Below are positions 1 to 9,000 of a DNA stretch of 64,000 bases, one piece after another. Made by a program: the position numbers and the translations under genes. The DNA comes from an uncultured Alphaproteobacteria bacterium. GTDB lineage: Bacteria; Pseudomonadota; Alphaproteobacteria; Rhizobiales; Beijerinckiaceae. Positions within the stretch are counted from its first letter, which is position 1; each line of letters opens with the position of its first letter. The notes under the pieces are model-generated. The model ran no database searches, was not told where the DNA came from, and worked only from the letters and a program-made list of their open reading frames with translations. The stretch spans positions 168,258 through 232,257 of the forward strand of contig CAWGBF010000013.1 in assembly GCA_963820775.1 (NCBI GenBank). The letters run 5' to 3'.

Positions 1-1
1 C

Positions 2-238
2 TGCGCATGCGGCGAGGTACACCCGTCCGCGCTCACTCTCAGGCGCGGACGGTTCGCCTGTGGGAATTGTCTTGGCCGTGAGCGTGGAGCGAGAGAGGGC
101 CGATGCGCCAAATGCGGGAACATTGCACCACTTCAAGGACACCATGTGTTCGGCCGCGAGAACTCGGATGAGGTCGTGGACTGGTGCATCAATTGTCACC
201 AGAAACACCATAAAGGTCGGAAAACTAGGAATGGGTAG
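2..238 (+). CDS. HNH endonuclease / Zn-finger protein, 5' partial (absent from the ORF track)
   Basis: Frame 2 from the window start reads CACGEVHP...CGNC...CAKCGNIAPLQGHHVFGRENSDEVVDWCINCHQKHHKG...* (CxxC-HH-N-CxxCH-H pattern). Its TAG (236-238) overlaps the polB ATG (231). Confidence 0.72.
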   Translation, partial: CACGEVHPSALTLRRGRFACGNCLGRERGAREGRCAKCGNIAPLQGHHVFGRENSDEVVDWCINCHQKHHKGRKTRNG

Positions 239-3200
239 TCAGCCTCAAGAAATCTTCAATCCGGTCGTCGCCCGGCTCCGCGCCTTCTCCTGGCCTGACA
301 AAGACGTTGGTGGCCCCATAAAGCCCTTTTCCGAAACGGATGAGGAATTGCTCGTCTACATCTCAGAATGGGAGGACAACGAGCGAAAGGGCAAAAACGC
401 AAGGCAATATTGCCGCTTCCAGGGCGAACTGCAGCGCCGATACATCAAGCAGATTGCGGCCGCCATTCCTGAATGGGGAGCTTGGGGCGCTCGCACATGC
501 GTCCTCGACACAGAGACGCAGAACGTCGAAACGGGGCAGGCCATGCGCTTCGGCGTCGCCCAGATGCGAGGCTATAGCTACCATGAACTGATCGAATTCA
601 TGCAGCGTGAAAGCCGCCCACCTAATCGGGCCGAACTCGACACACTTCGCGAGGTCTACGTCTTCTACGACCCGAACATGATCGAAATCGATGCGGCCCT
701 CCGCGACGCCTCGCTTGCGCTATTGGAGACCGTGCGCAAGTCCCGTGAGGCCACGACGGGCATTCCTCACCATCTCGTCACGCGCGACCAATTTGTCGAG
801 GATATTCTGTTTCGCAATGAGCGGATCAAGGGCGCGGTCCCGATCCCTGTCCTAGTTTTGGGACACAAGCTCGACTTCGATCTTGAACGCCTGCCCGCAT
901 TCGGCGCCGGTATGGCAAAGGGTGATTTTTTCTACGGGGGATTTTCCCTCACCATGGGGCGAAGCGTCTTCAAGGGCGGCAAAAATAAAGGAAAGCCTAG
1001 CGGGCCGGTCATCCAACTCAAGAAGATAGGGCCTGGAAAAAACAATTACCGAGCGGTGAGCCGGTTCAACGCTCATCTTCATACGCATCAATTTGTCGAC
1101 ACGCTCATGCTCGCCAAGGCGCTGCTTGGGGCAGACACGCCAGGTAGCATGGATGCGCTCTGCGATCTGTTCAAGGGGCCATTGCCCAAAGAGGAAGTCG
1201 AGCACTTCAAGCCGCTCACCCGCGACTATGTGGAATACTGCCTAAACGATGTCGAACGGACATGGTTCATCTACACGCGGCTGCGCGAGCTTTACCAGCA
1301 GCATGGTCGGACAACGCCAATCTGGGGCTTGTACAGCGTCGCCTCGGTCGGAAAGGCCTATTACAAGGACTTCGGGATCGAGCCGTTCCTCCACAAAAAT
1401 ATGAAAGGCTCGGCGGCGAACAAGCTGAAGACCCTGAAGCTGTGTGGCGTGTCGATGGAAGCCATGATCGGCGCACGCGCGGAGTGCGGTATCCGTCATC
1501 AAATCCGCGAGGTCATCAACAAAGATTTCAAGTCCCAATATCCGACCATCAACATCAAGCTCGGCTTGCAGGACTTGCTGCTTGCAGAGCGCGTCGACAC
1601 TCATGAGGATGAATGCACAGCAAGCGGCGATTGGCTCAAGGGCGGCGAGGACGCCGCGTTCCTCGAAAGCGTCAGCATCCTCGATATGGATGATGGAGCA
1701 GGCGCTCCTTACATCTTCGGCGACCACGCATTGCTCGGCAAAGATAAGAGCCGGTCGGATAAGATGTGGCGACAATTGCTCGGCTTCGCGCTGATCGATC
1801 CGGCCGGAGCAATTCTTCCGCTGCGCACCGCCTTTCAAGACGCTGCCGACAATGATGACGGTAAAGCCTCGATCAATGTCGGTCTAACGGAAATAGAACA
1901 CGGCCCCGCTATATGGGTCACATATCTCGACGTTCTCGCCTCCAAGTTCCTGACCGGCAGGATGCCCCGACTTCTCAAGACCATGCGAATGGTCCCTGTC
2001 GGTCGCCAATCAAACCTGGAGAAAATCAGCTTCTTCGGCGACGCCGCCTATGAGATTGACTTGACGCAACCCGACGGCGACATATTCAAGCGCATCCTGG
2101 AAATGCGCGATGAGATCAAGGCGAAGATGAGTGATCTCGCCAAAGGAAGTCAGGAGTACAATCGGCTCAACGCCATGCAACTTGCGCTCAAGCTCATCGC
2201 CAACAGCACATCATACGGTGTCTTCGTGCAGGTCGATGTCGATGAGCGTGCAAAGCCGACAAAAATCTCAGTTCTTCATGGGACTGACGAGAGGAAAATC
2301 GTCGCCCGCCAAAGAACAAGAACTGATGACGGATCGCAGGAAGCATCCTCGATCAAGGTGGAGAAGCCGGGATCATGGTTTGCGCCGTGGGGGCCGTTGA
2401 TCACGGCAGGCGGGCGGATGTTGATAGCCATCGCAGAGACACTGGCGCGTCATGAGGGGCGAGCTTACGGCGGTATTCCCTATGGCATGTGCGACACGGA
2501 CAGCATGGCGTTCGTGCGCCCTGAGGCCATGCCTCGCGCCGAATTCCGCGCCGTCGTCGAACGCATCGGCCGCTATTTCCAGAGGATCAACCCTTACGCG
2601 TCAGTGAACGGCAAGGAGGTCGAAGTCTTTGCGACCGAGGACATCAACTTCGCGTTCACGAATGAGGGCGGCAAGTTCAAGATCGTCAAGCCGAAACAGA
2701 TGAAGCCGCTCTACATCCTGTCAATTTCCGCCAAGCGCTACGCCATAGCGAATATCGTCCGGCCGGACGGTTCGGACTATGACAGCCTCGAAGACCTTCA
2801 CGCAGACTGGCGCAACGCCGTCGTCATCCTGAGAAAGGTTTCCGCGCACGGCCTCGGTCCGATCACAGCGCCCGGCTATGCCTTGCCGCCCGACGACGGC
2901 GTTCATCTCGCCGTCCCGTTCAAGTACGGCGACGATGGCGAGCTTGTCTTGAAGGATGGCAAGCCAGTTCCCCTCTATAGCGAAGTATGCCACGGCAAGG
3001 GCAATGCCCGGCTTTTCCTCGACATGTGGAAGCGCGCATTTGAACTGTTTGTGCAACATGAAGGCCTGAAAACAGGCCGAGAGATTGCGCGCCTGATCGA
3101 AGTTGAAATGCACAAATGGCCAGGCCTCGATCAACCCCAGTTCAAGCAGCGATCCCTGAATACGTGGAGCCAGTTCAAGCAATATGGGAACCTGCGAAAT

Positions 3201-4661
3201 CGGCGGGCTGGAATGTTCTTCAACGTCCTTCCCGCGCCCCTTGACGCTGATTTTGGAATGGTCGGTCAATCGTTCGACATAGATCAATATTTCGGCAAGT
3301 CGCTTTATTGCCAAGGCGGCTCCGACATCAATGTCGTCAAACTGCTCGCTGAAGGCCAAGTATGGTGGCAGTCCGACAACGGGTCAGCCTCGAATTTCGT
3401 CGGCGAACATAAGCCCTATCGGCTGCAAACGGTCGCTGAAGCGATCGGCGATTATTTCGACCGGACGGAGTTCAAGGCAAAAGGGGAATACGGCAGGCTT
3501 GAACGCCACAGGGTAGCCGTCTCTCAGCGTGAATATGTGGGCAAGGAGACAAACTTCCTGCTGGACCCCGATCTGCCGGAGGATGATGAAACCCAGATTG
3601 AAGATGCTGCCGCCGCTCCATATTTTCGCTACGGTTTCAATCCGGTGTTGAGGGCTCAATATCTTGCCATTCCGGATATTGTCGAACTGCTTGATGTTGC
3701 GTCGCTCGATGCGCTCAAGGACATCCTGAACGGATATGCGCCATCCGATCATGCAAGGCGCGTCTTGGCGCATCTGCGCAAGGGAACGCGATACGATGAA
3801 CTAACAGGAACATGTGCGTTCGACAGCTTCATTCGTGAGGCCGATATAGCTGAGTGGCAGACGGCGCGTCTTGTCGACCTGGCGCGGCGTAGCTACCGCA
3901 AAATCAGCAAGGCTTGCGCCAACGTGAACCAGAAACCGCTTGTTGCGCTCGCTGCGCATTTCGGATTGCTTCCCAAACGCGATTATGATGCGTCACCCTT
4001 TGGTCAACACCATGATAGATTTGAAGAGAATTTAGCTCACGACCTGTTCAATCCGATGCTCTATCCCGACAAAGCAGCGGCCGTCATCAAGCTGGGTTTC
4101 GTGAGAGCGCGGTCGGGTCAGGAATTACGTGTGGACGAAGCCTTCGCCATGTTCGAAAGCTATCTCGGAATTGCGCAGCATAAAGAGCGCGCCGCAAAGT
4201 TCACGAAAAATCTCAATGTCGACCGCCGCGAACGGCGCGCTGCGCGGCGATTGCAGTCCAAGAAAATGTTGATGCAGGCAGTCTCCAAAATTCAGATGGC
4301 CACGCTAGACGATCATGTCCGGATGCTAAAGAAAATGTTTGTTGAAGATTACGGTTTTGATCCGGCCGACGTCGAGGAAAGCTCGCCGAATATCGTGAGA
4401 CTGGCGGTCTGTTGGCCGCTCGCTCATCCTGACTTTCAAATGCTGTTCCGCCGCCACACACAGACACGCCGGGCGCGACCCGAGATCAAACGCTTCGTAC
4501 ATGACTTGCTCGAACGTGCGACCGACCACGCTGAGCGCGTCAAGGCGCGAAAGCGCGTCCAGAAACGCCGCTCACGCATGAAACAGTCGCGCCAATTGAG
4601 AGACGGCAGCGTCCAAGTCGGCTTGGGAGATGGCGACGGCGTTAAGGAACTCGACGCTTAA
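231..4661 (+). CDS. polB: Family B DNA polymerase with 3'-5' exonuclease domain and long C-terminal extension (casposon-type)
   Basis: Exo I VLDTETQ, Exo II HKLDFDL, Exo III YCLNDV; pol motif A DFKSQYP, motif B KLIANSTSYG, motif C CDTDSM, and SAKRY. ATG 231 is preferred over the track's GTG 60 because it overlaps the HNH stop. Confidence 0.92.
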   Translation: MGSQPQEIFNPVVARLRAFSWPDKDVGGPIKPFSETDEELLVYISEWEDNERKGKNARQYCRFQGELQRRYIKQIAAAIPEWGAWGARTCVLDTETQNVETGQAMRFGVAQMRGYSYHELIEFMQRESRPPNRAELDTLREVYVFYDPNMIEIDAALRDASLALLETVRKSREATTGIPHHLVTRDQFVEDILFRNERIKGAVPIPVLVLGHKLDFDLERLPAFGAGMAKGDFFYGGFSLTMGRSVFKGGKNKGKPSGPVIQLKKIGPGKNNYRAVSRFNAHLHTHQFVDTLMLAKALLGADTPGSMDALCDLFKGPLPKEEVEHFKPLTRDYVEYCLNDVERTWFIYTRLRELYQQHGRTTPIWGLYSVASVGKAYYKDFGIEPFLHKNMKGSAANKLKTLKLCGVSMEAMIGARAECGIRHQIREVINKDFKSQYPTINIKLGLQDLLLAERVDTHEDECTASGDWLKGGEDAAFLESVSILDMDDGAGAPYIFGDHALLGKDKSRSDKMWRQLLGFALIDPAGAILPLRTAFQDAADNDDGKASINVGLTEIEHGPAIWVTYLDVLASKFLTGRMPRLLKTMRMVPVGRQSNLEKISFFGDAAYEIDLTQPDGDIFKRILEMRDEIKAKMSDLAKGSQEYNRLNAMQLALKLIANSTSYGVFVQVDVDERAKPTKISVLHGTDERKIVARQRTRTDDGSQEASSIKVEKPGSWFAPWGPLITAGGRMLIAIAETLARHEGRAYGGIPYGMCDTDSMAFVRPEAMPRAEFRAVVERIGRYFQRINPYASVNGKEVEVFATEDINFAFTNEGGKFKIVKPKQMKPLYILSISAKRYAIANIVRPDGSDYDSLEDLHADWRNAVVILRKVSAHGLGPITAPGYALPPDDGVHLAVPFKYGDDGELVLKDGKPVPLYSEVCHGKGNARLFLDMWKRAFELFVQHEGLKTGREIARLIEVEMHKWPGLDQPQFKQRSLNTWSQFKQYGNLRNRRAGMFFNVLPAPLDADFGMVGQSFDIDQYFGKSLYCQGGSDINVVKLLAEGQVWWQSDNGSASNFVGEHKPYRLQTVAEAIGDYFDRTEFKAKGEYGRLERHRVAVSQREYVGKETNFLLDPDLPEDDETQIEDAAAAPYFRYGFNPVLRAQYLAIPDIVELLDVASLDALKDILNGYAPSDHARRVLAHLRKGTRYDELTGTCAFDSFIREADIAEWQTARLVDLARRSYRKISKACANVNQKPLVALAAHFGLLPKRDYDASPFGQHHDRFEENLAHDLFNPMLYPDKAAAVIKLGFVRARSGQELRVDEAFAMFESYLGIAQHKERAAKFTKNLNVDRRERRAARRLQSKKMLMQAVSKIQMATLDDHVRMLKKMFVEDYGFDPADVEESSPNIVRLAVCWPLAHPDFQMLFRRHTQTRRARPEIKRFVHDLLERATDHAERVKARKRVQKRRSRMKQSRQLRDGSVQVGLGDGDGVKELDA

Positions 4662-5819
4662 GCCGCCGCTCGTCTTCACCGTACCATCGTTGACGCGTAT
4701 GAATTCGCCCGGCGCAAAGGACCGTCCGTCGATGAAGTTGAACACTGCGGCCTCAACATGAGGCCTGAGGGGCTCGATCACGTCATAGGCGAGCGGCCAG
4801 CGCGGGCTCTTATGCAGAACGCCAATGGCGGGATTGAAGCCTTGCGCTGCGAGCGCGACAACGAGACGCCCAATCGTGACAGCGAGCGCGAGATTGAGAA
4901 GCGCATTGATCGGGTCTGTCGCGTGATGGGAGAACTTGCGATCAAGACGCCTGCGCTGCGAAAAGGGAAGCTTCCACGATGCTGGAATATGCCCCGCCTC
5001 ACGCCAACGCATGACGATAGGCCTTTCGGCCCACGCAAGCCGCGCTGCTTGCGCTTCAGTCATCAGCAGGGACCGCTCTGTTTCGGCCGCTTGCACTGCA
5101 CTGAGCTTGCCCTGAGCCTTGTCGAAGGGCATCGCGCCAAGATGCATGTGAGCGCTGATTTTTGCAGCGATCAGCGCCTTCGCATGGGCGAGGGCATGGG
5201 CGGGCGACGCTATGGCCCCACTCTGCGCACGGGCTACGCGCGCTGCCCGCCGCGCCGGAAGCGCCATTGCGGTCATGAAGTCCCGATCCCAGTCGAGGAT
5301 GACGACAGCGATCTTGTGCTTTGCGCAGAAGCGCAACGCGGCAAGCGTAATGACGCCTCCCCACCCGGTCATGACGATGGCGCTCGGCTTGACGGCGCGG
5401 GGCTCATAAACGAGCGTCATCGCATCTCTTGCGGCGATGAGCGCTCCGCGTTTGACGCTGAGGCTCACGCTGTCTCCGGTCAGTGTGAGAACATTCGATG
5501 GCTTGACTGGTGTGCTGCTTTTGCCGCCGCTCAATCGAACGAGAGACGTTTGCGCGGGCGCGCAGCCCTCACTGTCTCTCGAGCTTTGCCTGCCCTCATG
5601 GCAACTGGCGTCGAGGGGCTGTCGAACCGCGCGGTCGTTTGCGGTCTTCAGAGCCTGTCGAAGGGCTCGCGAGCGCAACATGACGTCGAAACTCGACCGA
5701 GCATAAGGCCGCGCGGCTGTCGAGGCATAAACTTCATACGCCCGTCGCTCCGTAGTCTCGCCGCTCGCAATCGCCTCTCGGACGGCGCTCACGTCTATCG
5801 GGTCGCATCTCGCTCGCAT
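4572..5819 (-). CDS. cas1: Solo Cas1-family integrase (casposase) with N-terminal extension
   Basis: Cas1 motifs: ITLAALRFCAKHKIAVVILDW, LLMTEAQAARLAW (catalytic E), ATDPINALLN, GVLH (catalytic H), LAYDVIEPLRP (D/E). No cas2 or array nearby. Confidence 0.9.
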   Translation of the reverse strand: MRARCDPIDVSAVREAIASGETTERRAYEVYASTAARPYARSSFDVMLRSRALRQALKTANDRAVRQPLDASCHEGRQSSRDSEGCAPAQTSLVRLSGGKSSTPVKPSNVLTLTGDSVSLSVKRGALIAARDAMTLVYEPRAVKPSAIVMTGWGGVITLAALRFCAKHKIAVVILDWDRDFMTAMALPARRAARVARAQSGAIASPAHALAHAKALIAAKISAHMHLGAMPFDKAQGKLSAVQAAETERSLLMTEAQAARLAWAERPIVMRWREAGHIPASWKLPFSQRRRLDRKFSHHATDPINALLNLALAVTIGRLVVALAAQGFNPAIGVLHKSPRWPLAYDVIEPLRPHVEAAVFNFIDGRSFAPGEFIRVNDGTVKTSGGLSVEFLNAVAISQADLDAAVSQLARLFHA

Positions 5820-5949
5820 TCGGCAACGCTACGATGGACGGCGCGGCGCGTCATCCTGGCGCTGCCCGCACTCGCGAAAGCTGGTGTGGATAAGCCCGGC
5901 CGAGAAGGGGAACCCCCCAATCGTTGGTCTTCGTCGCAGTCGGACCTCA

Positions 5950-5999
5950 ACCTCCGCCAATTCTGTTGACCGAATTTCGAGTTCGGTCACATTGGAGGT
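5950..5999. repeat. Imperfect inverted repeat / hairpin
   Basis: TGACCGAA (5967-5974) / TTCGGTCA (5982-5989) perfect inner stem; outer arms CCAAT/ATTGG and ACCTCC/GGAGGT. Confidence 0.7.
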
Positions 6000-6089
6000 C
6001 GCCGATGCGTGCATGCAATTGTGACCGGGTGGACCGGCTTGCAATGGTACGTCGTCGTGAGGAGTTTGGTTAGGTTATTGAGTCTCCCA

Positions 6090-9000
6090 ATGCAACATCG
6101 TCCTCCCGACCCCCGGTCCTTGACCGCGAGCGATTTGTCCAAGATTCTAAGAGAGACAGAAGGACTAAAGCTTGAGTTTAAACTAGAATACGATCTCTCA
6201 GGGGGGGCCGGTAGCGAACAACGAAAAGGTGAGTTTGCCAAAGACATCCTTTCGCTCGTCAACACGGCAGGGCGAAACGCTTTTGACTTTGCCTATATGG
6301 TGATCGGAGCTGGAGATAAGATACAAGCGGACGGCAGCAGGCTTCGCAAGTCGATATTGTCCGGCCAGTATACATCTCCATTAGTACTGGACATCGTAAA
6401 CGCCTCCTGCGCTCCACAAATCAAAGAGATGATAATCACTGAAATCGAGGTCGATGAGACGCTGTACTGTGTTATCGTATTACCTCCGTCACCTCAAATC
6501 CATAGCTTCTCTAAGAATATCGTTACCCCGAAGCGTACGTGGCAAAAGAACGCTGTTCCACTTCGCAGCGGTGAGGGAGTTATTCTAGCGTCTCCAGACG
6601 ATCTATTTCTGATGCAGAAACAGAAGATGGCTTCGATTCTAACAGACGAGGCTGACGATTTCGAAAACATTGTCCCACTTTTTGCGAAATATACTCCCAC
6701 TCCCCTGCCATCCGGCATTCGTGCGAAGCGCGCCGTAAGCCAGCTCTTAGCGTTTTTGAATCCGCGGCCGCATGACGCAGGCGTTGTAGAGTCGACTAAA
6801 GATTTTTTGGGTCTGCTTCAGCAATACCGGCATATCGCACTGGAAGGGTCCTCGGGATCCGGAAAAACAACAACGCTGCGCCAGATTGAGACGTCGTTAC
6901 TCAAACGTGGGACTTCTGACTCTCCACCTATCCCACTTCGTATAGACATTGATGATTGGATCGCAGCGGACATTCCATTCCACATTTGGCTGCAGAAGTA
7001 CCTCTTAAAAAGAGGACTGAGCCACCTACCACTATCTAAATTCGCGTTGCTGATTGACGGCATTCAAGAGTTCGATACGGCTCAACCAAGCTTTACGCAC
7101 GATTTGATCCGCGGTATTTCAGATAAAGTGTCAGATATATGTTGTATAGTGACGGCACGGTCGTTCCCGCTCGAGGGCATGCCCTCCGATTTTTTGGTGG
7201 CGCGGCTCGAACCATTGTCGGGGACGCAAACTAACGTCTTTGTCGACGCTTACTTGGAACCTTCGCTCGCCGAGGAGTTTCGTAGTTGGCTTTCGCGATT
7301 TGAAATTGCGACGACCGCGACTCGACAATTATTGGAAGACATCGTTCGAAATCCACTTCGCCTTTCAATTTTGTTGAGCGTCTACGCAGTTGAGCGGGAG
7401 AAAACGCCTCGCGCCCTGGGTCAATTGCTACTGCAGTTCTTCACTATAGTCTGCGAGCGAGAGAAAGCCTTTCATGGGTTTGTCGACGTGACACTCGACG
7501 AAATTATTGAGTGGCTTGCTCCTGCTGCATTGAAGATGCTCGCCAACCCTAAAGTCAGTAGGGTGCTGCTGGAGGCACCGAGCGAACGAGAGAGAGTTTT
7601 AGGGCGACTTTTGGTCGGGTCGGAAATTATTTCAGCTATCGAGGAAAGGCCGGGCATCAACGTAAAATTTTGTCATACTCTTGTACGCGATTTTTTTGCC
7701 GCCCTTAATATTGCGAGACACCCAGAGCTTTTACAGAGAGGACTTCATCCTCCGAGATTTAAAAACGGAAGCCGGACCGTTAGCCCATGCGATGAGGTTC
7801 TGCTCCTTTTATCCTCCCTCGAAAACGCGCAGGAAGTTTTCCAGAAGGCCGCTAGTATTGACCCTCTAATTGTTTTAGAGTTATCCTCAACTGTCACTGA
7901 GGACGTAATCGACGGATCCGTTATTAAATCAGCCTGGACTAGTCTTTGTCTACTTCTGACTCATAAGACGAACGTCGTACGCACCCTCGCGCTTGAGCTA
8001 TGCCGCAGGCGGGCTGTACGACTTAGAGAGCTGGTCCCCGCTACTTACGCAGAAACCCACAATCCCGCATTGCGAAAGGTGTGCCTCCAGTTGGCGTGGT
8101 ATGCGAATGACGCGGAGAGCATCAAACTTATATGTCGCGCAATCTCTGATCAAAACAGAACTGTGCGAAGGTTAGCGCGGGACATTTTTCTTGGAATAGC
8201 CAACGAAGATCACGCGGAGGCAGCTCGCATCGCGAGAAACGTTGTCGATAGTCTTGATCGTGAGGAGCGTGACTTTTGGCGATCTTCCTTCGAAACGGTG
8301 GGAAACCACCTTAGCGATGAAGGGAGGAGATCTTTTTCTGATCTAATTTCGAATGTGGCGAGCCGTGACGTATCGGACGACTTTTCTAGCGTGTGGTGTT
8401 CTGGAGAGGCTCGTGAATCTCATAGTCTGGACGTAGACCAAAGCTCTGCGGAATTTATAGCCCTAATTACACGGCTAGGTTTCTGCGACGCTGATGACGC
8501 TGTCCAAGTCTTAGCCAAATTAAGGGATTTTGCAAATTCATATCTAAAAGAAGTTCATTTACTGGCAAAGTCAGGCAATCCGGTACTTGCGCGCCGACTG
8601 CCACGGCTAATGTCGTATGCCCAAGATCCAAGTTCAGTCGACGTTCTCTTTCGGCTCTTGGAGGTCGATGACTTAAGGGTAACCATGCATGTATTGAAGG
8701 CTCTATCTTCGTTTCGTAGATCGGACATAGCCGAGCGCGTTCGTGTATATTGCTACATCGCTGATCACCAAGTGAGGCTTCATGCTGTACGCGTTATGGC
8801 TAATCAAGACCACGTTGACGAACAGTTTTTGTTGAACTTTCTCTCGGATCGGCATCAAGAGACTCGTCGTGCGGCTGTGGTAGCGCTTGGACGAATAGGC
8901 AATGATGAGTTTGTAGTGCGGTGCTTGGACTTGCTAATTGATCCCGATGAACACGTAAGGATGGCGGCGTGTCGGACAGCCGTCCGAGCGGGACCGAAGG

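Larger units (their letters stand above)
1..5920. mobile_element. Casposon (self-synthesizing Cas1-dependent transposon), partial; left end outside window, right end uncertain (~5920 or ~9.4-9.7 kb)
   Basis: HNH + PolB + solo Cas1 is the defining casposon core. TIR and TSD could not be verified because the other end is not in the window. Confidence 0.8.

Noticed and set aside
60-230. 57-aa N-terminal extension of PolB in the ORF track
   Set aside because: It overlaps a better-supported HNH ORF in another frame; ATG 231 is coupled to the HNH stop.
231-4661. Pipolin or prophage polymerase
   Set aside because: No tyrosine recombinase or virion genes in view, and the linked Cas1 favours a casposon. 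Not fully excluded without the left part.
4758-5969. 403-aa + strand ORF
   Set aside because: Antisense shadow of cas1 with no recognisable motifs.
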